DNA of 64,000 bases from Hormiphora californensis. Lineage: Eukaryota; Animalia; Ctenophora. The notes under the pieces are model-generated. The model worked only from the letters and a program-made list of their open reading frames with translations, did no database searches and was not told the DNA's origin. The position numbers were made by a program, and so were the translations under genes. This document shows positions 51,501 to 60,232 of this stretch, piece by piece. Numbering within the stretch: the stretch's first letter is position 1; every line of letters begins with the position of its first letter. The stretch is taken from the NCBI GenBank assembly GCA_020137815.1, contig CM035358.1, forward strand, positions 3,100,001 through 3,164,000, written 5' to 3'.

Positions 51501-54030
51501 ACAGTTCAGTGGTAACTGGGAGGTCATGTGTGATGGAAATGAGAACTAAAGACAGATTTGAGTTGTATTTTATTGAGGAAAACAGCCCTTTTTGGTGTCT
51601 GAGACAAGCAAAGGTGAAACGAAATGCAACGTAACGAACGAGTAATGAATAGAATTCTGCTCTGTGACTTGTTAGTGCTCCTTTATAAAACACGCAATGG
51701 CAAAGTACAAAGTTTCGCAAATTTAATTTAATGCGAAATTCCAAAGTTTTGGTCGATTTCGGCCAAAATTGCTGCCCTAAACTAACAATTGGACTGTGCG
51801 TTGCCGGGGAGACTGCTCGCTGGTGACTGAGAGATCATATGTTCTCGAATATTGGTACTTGAGGCGGATTTAAGTTGCATTTTAGTGTGGGGAAGAGGGG
51901 AATATTGGACAAAAATGTAGCTGTAATTTAGTGATGACTGATGAGACCAGGCCAGGCCCGAGAGACAGTTCAGTGGTAACTGGGAGGTCATGTGTGATGG
52001 AAATGAGAACTAAAGACAGATTTGAGTTGTATTTTATTGAGGAAAACAGCCCTTTTTGGTGTCTGAGACAAGCAAAAGTGAAACGAAATGCAACGTAACG
52101 AACGAGTCAGGGGCCGGGGTTTATAGTGAGATGGACTTAGTTGCAACTTGTCTATAAAGACTTTTTGAAAATAACATACCAGTACTCCCACACTATTGTA
52201 CCACCCGACTGTGGGTGTGCCTGCTGTGTCTCCACTCTCTGCTCTGCAGGTGAAAGAAGCTGTCTCTCCCACCTGGCCATACTGAGATACTGGCTCCGTC
52301 GTAAACACTGTAAATACATCATGTTAGTGGACACAGAAATGACATTTTGAAATGTTGTCAACAGCTCGAAATGGTTTATGGCATTACGAATAACTGTACC
52401 TAGAATATCTGGGGTAAGCGTGTCTGTTTTCAGCACAGTTTCAACAGGTTTATCATATGTAAAAACACAGTGGTACGGCTTTTCATCATTTATATCAACG
52501 TTAGGGCGCAGAAGGGTTGATACTGATGTGTACTTTCCATTGACTATCTGAGCTGATGCTTTCGTGGGACCTGGGGGGAGAATGTTAGTCGGGAGTGTCG
52601 CCATTCTAATAAAATGCAATCCCATCCAGAAGTCAAATACACCCCAGCTCCTATATGAATATCGGATCCTTGAGTTGGAAATCATAATTCACAGTACCTG
52701 CACTGTACAGGCTGTACAGTACCTGTACAGTACCAATTCGCTGTACATCGGTCCAGACCCTTAGATGTGATAACTACACAGCTCCTATTACCTTGTAGAG
52801 ATGTCGATGTGTCCATGAACCACTGAACAGTGGGTGAAGACTGGTAGTTCTCCATTACAGAGGTGCATGTAATAGTCATGTTACTGAACTGGGGATTCAA
52901 CTCGTCCGTCTTTATAGTCTCATCTGGAGGGAATTGTTAGGGGTAGGAGCCAAAGTAGGAGCTGACATCGTACCCTCTCCCTACTGATCCCAAGATTATA
53001 ATCATAATGACATCATCTCATTCCTAATAATTTAACTTTTTGAAATACCAACTCACCGACAACAACTACGGCTGCCCTTGCTACCAGGTTGTCCTGGTTT
53101 ACAGTGAGAGTACATTGGTATGTTCCAGCATCATTGAACACTGCATTCGTCAGTTCATACTTCCAACTCTTCACCGTGTTACTCTTCTCTATACTGTGAG
53201 GGAGGGATCAGGGATCTCTATACCTGTGTATACTGTGAGGGAGGGGTGTGTTGTTAATCTTCTCTATACTGTGAGGTAGGGGTGTGTTACTCTTCTCTAT
53301 ACTGTAAGGGAGGGTGTGTTACTCTTCTCTATACTGTGGGGTAGGGGTGTGTTAATCTTCTCTATACTACTGTGAAAGGCACATGTGTTACCAGTTAAAA
53401 TGGGAGATTTATTAAGAGAGCTTCATCGGACTTAGGAGATTATGATAATGAAGTGTTGAGGAAGATACTACAGTCGGACCCCGATTTACCGGTAAATCGG
53501 AGTCCGACTGTATCATATACTGTACCTGAGAGATGATAGTTGAGTTCCATCAGTTTTCGTCCAAGTTAGCAATGTTGGGGCAGTCTCAAAGTTGTTTGTT
53601 GTACACGTGACAGTGGCTACACCTCCAACAGCTACCACTGCACCAGTCACTGTGATCTCTGGGGAGAAGAGGGAGGGGTAATTTTTAGCTGGCCCTTTAC
53701 TCGGACTATCCGGCTTATTAGCCCACCTTAGTTCTCTTTTAAATGTTTTGATATTGTATTCTTGGATAGTCAGTAATCACCTTGGTATTGAAATTCCGTG
53801 CAAGCTCACTATATGCAATAATTAGGGTGACTTAACCAAGACGTAACCAAGTAATTACACTTACCTCCAACCTCCACGGCGGCACTCTGATACACAGTTG
53901 TATCATTCCAAGACCAGTAACAGAAGAAGTTGCTATCTGAGCTAACACCCCAGTACTGTAGAGTTGTGCTCATGTTCCCGTTATTGTACGTTGTAGTTGT
54001 CACGTTGGTCTTGATAACGTCTGCATTGTA
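36508..54030 (-). CDS. Receptor-type protein tyrosine phosphatase: multiple Ig-like domains, one TM helix, tandem D1/D2 PTP domains; more than 25 exons, 5' end not found in the window
   Basis: D1: [54 protein letters not shown]2: [55 protein letters not shown] at about 40455-40535. Ig motifs such as DAGTYQC (about 53110) and GETASFTC...W (about 52250). Confidence 0.92.
38666..38858. repeat. Six 32-bp tandem repeats spanning an RPTP exon/intron donor
   Basis: (AATGAGGTATTAGTTACCATGACAACAACGTG)x6. Confidence 0.95.
39378..39962. repeat. 21-bp minisatellite abutting an RPTP splice acceptor
   Basis: (GTGGAGAGCAATGGTTCTAAG)n, about 27 copies. Confidence 0.96.
42719..44353 (+). mobile_element. Head-to-tail array of non-autonomous Helitrons (units start at 42719, 43159, 43601, 43812)
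   Basis: A|TCCTTATTATA 5' end, internal CTAG|TC junctions, and a final ...AACGGGTTTTCTAG|T. A/T target with no TSD. Confidence 0.78.
45105..46042. mobile_element. hAT-type MITE dimer with (TTCGATCTCGATTCGATC) subrepeats; related copy at 56762-57019
   Basis: 8-bp TSD CCGTTTAA flanking TAGGAACCGGCGAT...ATCGCCGGTTCCTA, with an internal junction of two units near 45570. Confidence 0.88.
46489..47479. mobile_element. ~1-kb TA-flanked element with ~374-bp TIRs (Tc1/mariner-like, non-autonomous)
   Basis: TA|CTGTGTGATTTTAAATGACTGAG...CTCAGTCATTTAAAATCACACAG|TA, with near-identical arms. Confidence 0.9.
47822..52105 (-). mobile_element. Non-coding poly(A)-tailed retro-insertion (4.3 kb) with a 14-17 bp TSD, carrying a 457-bp tandem array
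   Basis: GTCAGGGGCCGGGG(TTT) at 47808-47821 and 52106-52119. T17 at 47822-47838 is the poly(A) tail on the minus strand. The flanking RPTP exons join in phase 0 across it. Confidence 0.85.
48060..48275. repeat. ~51-bp tandem repeat, about 4 copies, inside the retro-insertion
   Basis: (GGTCTGGAACAAGGTAACGTTTTGCCTTTGAGAGTTTCTTGAGTTTAGTTT)n. Confidence 0.9.
48702..52107. repeat. About 7.4 near-identical 457-bp monomers
   Basis: AATATTGGACAAAAATG recurs at 48702, 49159, 49616, 50073, 50530, 50987, 51444 and 51901. I noticed only one substitution (about 51613) and one short duplication (about 51937). Confidence 0.98.
53176..53372. repeat. Degenerate ~32-38-bp tandem repeats spanning an RPTP splice acceptor
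   Basis: (GTGTTACTCTTCTCTATACTGTGAGGGAGGG)-like units. The minus strand reads CTCACAG|TATAGAGAAG in each. Confidence 0.85.
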
Positions 54031-54187
54031 CTGAAACATTTAGTTGCCATGGTTACAAATCGCTAGTAAGATTTCCGATTTTGGAAGTAGTCAGTGACTT
54101 AAGTCACTCAATCTCTATTATAATTTTTTGGAAAAACAATTAAAAATATATACACAATGGTATTTACAATGGCAATTTACAATTTTA

Positions 54188-54768
54188 TCTCTATTATAAT
54201 TTGGAAATGTCGCGTCGAAGTGGCCGTTCGTTCAGCGGTATCTAAGCGACAGACTGCTCCTTCATAAAATACCTTATATGCCCAAAGCTGTAAAGCTGTT
54301 AGTCACAGTTTTGGAAGTTCCACTGGAAGTTTGTTAATGTTTTCGAATGAATTTTAACATGCCAGTCACCATAGTTACCAATTCAGTTGCCGTGTTATTG
54401 ACGTTGAAAGTGGCGAAATGAGCCACACGGCGAAGCCGGGTGGATTATCAGAAAGCCCTTACTTGAGGCGCACCCAATGGGTGCGCTAGTCTCTATTATA
54501 ATTTGGAGATGTCGGGTCGAAGTGGTGGTCGTTCGTTCAGTGCGTTTCTAAGCGACAGTGCTCCTTCATAAAATACTTTGTGCGTGCAAAGCTGTAAAGC
54601 TGTTGTTTACGCTTTTGGAAGTTTGTTGATATTTTCGAATGAATTTCAACAATTCAGTCCCCATCGTTACCAATTCAGTTGCCATGGCAACCGTGTTGAA
54701 AGGGGCGAAAAAAACCACAAGCCGGGTGGGTTATCAAAAAGCCCTTACTTGAGCGCACCCAATGGGTG
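54188..54768 (+). mobile_element. Two tandem non-autonomous Helitrons (54188-54489 complete; 54490 to about 54768, 3'-truncated)
   Basis: A|TCTCTATTATAATTTGG 5' end, CGGCGAAGCCG and GCGCACCCAATGGGTGCGC hairpins, and a CTAG|TC junction. Confidence 0.85.
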
Positions 54769-54801
54769 GAAATTGATCAATGATGTGCCATTGTGATCCA
54801 C

Positions 54802-56580
54802 AGTGGAGATGCCAAAATGACTTTATATGAAACTGCCGAAGCGAGCAGAAACAAAGCATTCATCAGCGTCCTAAATAAGAAAAGTGCTGATAAGAAATCT
54901 GATAATGTTATCGAGGCTGTTCGGAACATTAATCGGAAGGGACTGCCCATAGCCAAGGAGATTTACCAGGCACTATCTTCTTTTATATCGAAACCCTGTG
55001 AACCTATGGGAAACTGGGTTAAAGCTTCACGTGACACCCTCTACATCTTTCTGGAGAGAGGGAAAGTAAGGGTGTCTTTTGAATTCCAGAAGAAACGACT
55101 TAATGAGGTCATCATTAAATTTCTAAGAGCTCTTCGCGACTTGGATTGTGACACTGATCAATCAGTCAAGGAAGTGGTCGCCAAAGTTACGCAAGATGTC
55201 ATTGGCTTGGCCGAGGACAAAGTATTCCGTGTTGATCTGACTGAAGATCATGTCACTCTTGTCATGGACTTGTTTGCAAAGTATGGAACCTGGTTCACCG
55301 AATCTTTTAAACAACGTTATTCAGACCTTATTTCCAAATCTTGCTTACTTTGGCACATTTACACGCATCCATTAATAAAAAGTATTGGTATTCGTGAGAT
55401 ATACAAATTACGACAGAAGCTTGACTACAAGAGATTTTGGGATTTTGGCGCTGTGAAAGCTCTTCGTAAGGAGGAAATTCTCTCGATGCTGTCCAATCTT
55501 CGTGAAACATCCCCGAACGATTATCTGGTGAAACTCTCCAAATTCTTTCTGGAAAGAGCAGTTGGTGATTCTACTTCCGTGGCCAGAGACTCCCTAAAAG
55601 AAGAAGATCCTTCTAAGTCTCTCGTTCATTCCGTCTGTGAAATCGTTGATCTGAGTGAGACTGATCCTCCAGAGTTACTTCTTCGACTATTCCTGTGTCT
55701 TGTCCGGTATTTCCAGGGTGTACAGACCGAATTTGAGCATCCGCGAGGTAAACAGATTAAGGAAAAGAAGGAGAGAGGGGAACACACTAAAAGCTTACTT
55801 CCTTCTGAAGAAGTTAAAATTGAGGGAATGGTTAAAATTCTTGGTAAAGAAGGGGCACCAGGGGTGGAGGTTACCGAACAAGATCTATCATCTCCCATTC
55901 TGAAAAGCATGTTGGCTTCAAGTTTTGAGGAGGGTCGAACTCGAACTATGACCGTCCCTTCTGCCCCTCAGCGCATCTTGGAGGCCCTCAAGCTGATTCT
56001 GGTTGAGGATGGGAAAGGTGTTGAAGAACATGCAACACTGAAAGAGGTCTGGGAACGGATGTTGCCGTGGGCAACCATGTACCAGGTCGACGGAGTGTTT
56101 AAATATCTTGTGGAGGCGATGAGTAGGAACAATGGGTCTCAAGATTCTATGCTGCCCGATGATTGGTTGGTTGAGTTTGCGATTCGTAGTAAGCACCCAG
56201 CGTGGTTAATGTTGGTATCTGACAGATTTGTCCTTGTTGAAACCTTAAATCTGCCACCTCGGGATCTTATCTTCGCAACAACTGAACTGATCAACGCAGT
56301 AAAGGACACTGATAACTATCTGGTTAATATTATCAGTTATTATTGCCAACAGCAATCCTTTAAGGGTGAGATTAACCTTGATTTTGTACCAAATATTATC
56401 CCGAACATCGGCTATTTTGGTGGTAAATATTTTGATCGTGATAATTATGATTATGGAGACAGTGATTACAGCGAACCTGGTGATTCTAATGAAGAGTGTG
56501 ATGAGGAGTGGGACAGGTACAGGTTCGATAGTGAGCCTGAAGAAAGTGACCCTTTCGCGTATTCGGATGAAGAGCGATGA
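54802..56580 (+). pseudogene. 5'-truncated paralog 1 of the helical-repeat/BTB family (ORF still open from ATG 54817)
   Basis: Homology to the paralogs begins at GDAKMTLYETAE, about 250 aa into the full-length proteins. The upstream region is replaced by Helitron sequence. Confidence 0.7.
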
Positions 56581-57256
56581 GGGAGGACAGTTGTAACAAA
56601 CTGTAATCAGTGTTGGGACTAATCTTGTTTTTAATCTAGCATCTTTTTATCAATTACAATGTACATCTTACACCATCTTATTTCAGTTGTATGATTTATT
56701 TTATTTTTACAGTAATGTGTGTTTTGAATCAACTACAGTCAAACCTCGATTTACCGGACATTAGGAACCGGCGATTATATCGAATCGAATCGAAAAATCG
56801 AATCGAATCTAGTAGTATTTTGAGCTCAGAGATCGAAGATCGAATCAGATCGATATTATTTTGAAGGACAAAAGATCGAATCGAATTTTTTTGACGGCCC
56901 AAAGATCGAATCAAATTGAATCGTTAATTTTTGATTACCCTAAGATCGAATCGAACAATTTTGAACGTTAAAAAGGATCGAGATCGAATCGAGAAGTAAT
57001 CGAGTATCGCCGGTTCCTACGGCGGACACCCTATTTCCTTGGCCTAATAATCTATTATAGGAAGATTGCAGGACCTCAAAACCTCCAATCCCCATATATA
57101 ATCCTTTGTCCAAATAACCCCCGGACCCTCACCCCTTTTGCTGATCCAACCCACTACCCATGATAGTAAACAGCCGTATCCCTTTCCCTCGCCCTCAAAC
57201 GCCCTAGAATGGACGCTTTCTAACTCACTTTCTCTCCCCCTTGTAGAACATCGTTT

Positions 57257-59635
57257 ATGACTGAACCACCTGCCAAACGCCGTGCTCGATGCATCGAAAG
57301 TTATTGTGAGGATCTTCGTGGCCTACTGGTGAGGAGTCCAGACCTCTGGGACTTCAAAGCAATTCAGAAAGTTCTCAACGACATATTTCGACTGTACTGC
57401 AAATCTTGGAAGATAATTCAGGATCTAAAAGACTCCACTTTCCCTTACTCGATTCCTATCCTGATTTCCCGCAAGAACCTTCCTCCGCCTGATATTAACA
57501 GCCTTCTTAAAATTTTGGTTGAGATGACGCTGTACGATAACTCCTACTGGAAGGAATGTTACCGGTCTTTCGTCATCGATAACTTCTTGCCACTTCCAGC
57601 CTGCTATCTTCAATCCTTGAGATTTCTTAACAACACAAAGGGACATTCTGTTCCGCTCTCAGCGCTTCAAAAAGTGTTTCACTATCTCGAATCAAAGACG
57701 ACGTCTAAGAAAACTCTGCCACAAAACAATAAACTGATCTATTCTGAGTTGGCCAAAATGATAGGCAACATTTGGGGTCGGGATGAAGAGGAAGTTTTTG
57801 TGGTCCTGCTAAATTCTGTCGCTGAGTTAAACTCTGAACTCCATTGCTTGGATCATAACACCGTGTTAAGTCTTGCCAAACAGGTGCTCAGCTTCATTAA
57901 CATGAGCCATAATCATGTGGGAAAATTGAAGAAAACTCTTGGTGATTTGGTTGAGGAAATATGTGTTTTGTCTCCTGGTCAGCTGGCTGAACTCTATATG
58001 TTTACTGATGGGGATGCCAAAATAACGTTATACGAAACAGCAGAAGCGAGCAGAAACAAAGCATTCGTCAGCGTCCTAAATGAGAGCAGTGCTAATGAGA
58101 GATCTGATAAGGTTATTGAGGCGGTTCGGAACATTAATCGGAAGGGACTGCCCATAGCCGAGGAGATTTACCAGGCTCTGTCTTCTTTCATATCGGAACC
58201 CCGTGAACCTATGGAAAACTGGGTAAAAGCTTCGCGTGATGCCCTCTATATCTTCTTGCATAGAGGGAAACTAAAGGTATCTAAGGAATCCCATAAGAAA
58301 CGACTTAATGAGGTCATCATCAAATTTCTAAGAGCTCTTCGCGACGTAGATTGTGATACTGAATCAGTGAAGGAAGTGTTGGCCGAAGTTACGCAAGATG
58401 TCATTGGTTTGGCTGAGGACACAGTATTCCTTTTGGTTCTGACTGGCGATGATATCACTCTGGTGATGGACTTGTTTGCAAAGTATGGTACCTGGTTCAC
58501 CAAACATTTTAGAATACATAATTTGAAACTTGACTCCAAATCATGCCAGGGTACACTTTGGCATATTTCCACGCATCCGTTGTTGAAAAATATTGGTTTA
58601 CGTGAGATTTACAAGTTACGGAAGGACCTTAATTTAAAGAGGCTTTGGGATTTTGGCGCCTTGAGAGGTTTTCGTACGAAGGACCTTCTCTCAATTCTGT
58701 CCAATCTTCGTGAAACATCCCCCAATGAGTATCTGATGAAACTCTCTGATTTCTTTCTACAAACATCATCACTTGATCCTATTTCCAAGGCCAGGAGCTC
58801 CCTAGAAGGAGGAGAAGATTCTAAGTCTATCGTTAGTTACGTCTGTAAAAGCATTGATCTGAGTGAGACTGATCCTCCGAAGTTACTTCTTCGACTATTC
58901 CTCTGTCTTGTCCGGTATTTCCAAAGTGCACAGACTAAGTTTGGGCATCCAAGAGAGGGACAGTCTCCCAAGAAGGGACACACAAATGGAACAGTGAGAA
59001 TCCTCGGAGAGGAAGGGGCACCAGGGGTGGAGGTCACCGAACAAGATCTATCATCTCCCATTCTGAAAAGCATGCTTGCTTCAAGCTTTGAGGAGGGTCG
59101 AACCCGAAATATAACCGTTTCCACAGCCCCTCAGCACATCTTGGAGGCCCTTAAGCTGATTCTGGGTGAGGATGGGAAGGGTGTTGAAGAACATGCAACA
59201 CTGAAAGAGGTCTGGGAGTGGATGTTGCCGTGGGCAACCATGTACCAGGTCGACGGAGTGTTCAAATATCTTGTGGAGGCGATGAGTAGGAACAATCGGT
59301 CTCAAGATTCCATGCCGTCTGATGATTGGTTGGTTGAGTTTGCAATTCGGAGTAAGCATCCAGCGTGGTTAATGTTGGTATATGACAGATTTATCGTTGT
59401 TGAAACCCTAAATCTGCCATCTCGGGATCTAATCTTCGCAATAACTGAACTGATTAACGCAGTAAACACAGTAAAGGACACTGACACCTATCTGGTGAAT
59501 ATTATCAATGTCTGTTGTCAACAGCACTGCTCTAAGAGTGAGTTTGTACCAAATTTTCTCACAAACCGTTTTTTGGAAAGATCTGATTATTTTGATGAAG
59601 ATTGTTATGACTATGGATGGAGTGATTGCAGCTAA
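57257..59635 (+). CDS. 792-aa protein: N-terminal NLS, alpha-helical (ARM/HEAT-like) region, C-terminal BTB/POZ-like domain
   Basis: Uninterrupted ORF with PPAKRRAR, and LSSPILKSMLASSFEEG...LEALKLIL...ATMYQVDGVFKYL resembling the BTB core. It is conserved with the neighbouring paralogs. Confidence 0.85.
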   Translation: MTEPPAKRRARCIESYCEDLRGLLVRSPDLWDFKAIQKVLNDIFRLYCKSWKIIQDLKDSTFPYSIPILISRKNLPPPDINSLLKILVEMTLYDNSYWKECYRSFVIDNFLPLPACYLQSLRFLNNTKGHSVPLSALQKVFHYLESKTTSKKTLPQNNKLIYSELAKMIGNIWGRDEEEVFVVLLNSVAELNSELHCLDHNTVLSLAKQVLSFINMSHNHVGKLKKTLGDLVEEICVLSPGQLAELYMFTDGDAKITLYETAEASRNKAFVSVLNESSANERSDKVIEAVRNINRKGLPIAEEIYQALSSFISEPREPMENWVKASRDALYIFLHRGKLKVSKESHKKRLNEVIIKFLRALRDVDCDTESVKEVLAEVTQDVIGLAEDTVFLLVLTGDDITLVMDLFAKYGTWFTKHFRIHNLKLDSKSCQGTLWHISTHPLLKNIGLREIYKLRKDLNLKRLWDFGALRGFRTKDLLSILSNLRETSPNEYLMKLSDFFLQTSSLDPISKARSSLEGGEDSKSIVSYVCKSIDLSETDPPKLLLRLFLCLVRYFQSAQTKFGHPREGQSPKKGHTNGTVRILGEEGAPGVEVTEQDLSSPILKSMLASSFEEGRTRNITVSTAPQHILEALKLILGEDGKGVEEHATLKEVWEWMLPWATMYQVDGVFKYLVEAMSRNNRSQDSMPSDDWLVEFAIRSKHPAWLMLVYDRFIVVETLNLPSRDLIFAITELINAVNTVKDTDTYLVNIINVCCQQHCSKSEFVPNFLTNRFLERSDYFDEDCYDYGWSDCS

Positions 59636-60232
59636 GATTCACGTGAAGGGTAACTTTCTTCAGGGTCAAATTCAAACCGCCTTCGCATCAATCACGACGT
59701 GAGTCGGTTTTAATTTCACCATGAAGAAAGTTATCATTTTGTTGACTCAGGTTAAGAGCAGTGGCATATGTCTCTTAGAAATGATTAGTGACTGTCCAGA
59801 AAATTGTGTCACAAGTGATTCGGCAATGATCAGAGACTCTTATGTTGACTCAGATGAAGGGCAGCGGCGAACAGTTTTAACAAACTTTTCATATTGTAAA
59901 CAGTATTGGGACCTATCTTGTTTTTAAACTATCATATTTTTTATCAATTATAATACATACATTTATATTTTTCAGTTGTATAATCAATTTTATTATTACA
60001 GTAAAATGTGTTTTATTCAACTAAAGCCAAACCTCAATTTATCGGACGTCTTATTTCCGGGCCCTGATAATCTTTTAGGTAGATCTCAAATCCCCCAATC
60101 CCCATGACCTCTGTCCAAATTCCAGACACCTACCACCCGTAGTAAACAACCACATTCATTTCCCTTCGCCATCGTTTTAGAATCGACGCTTTCTAACTCA
60201 CTTTCTCCCCCCCCCCTTGTAGGACGTCATTC

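Noticed and set aside
48637-51744. Seven repeated 121-139 aa ORFs as a tandem gene family
   Set aside because: Non-ATG start, no recognisable domain, and identity simply follows from the DNA repeat.
48702-52107. 457-bp array as SL-RNA, 5S, snRNA or hammerhead retrozyme cluster
   Set aside because: I found no leader-plus-GT donor with Sm site, no 5S or U-snRNA similarity, and no CUGANGA/GAAA core in the standard monomer. An Rfam scan would be the decisive test.
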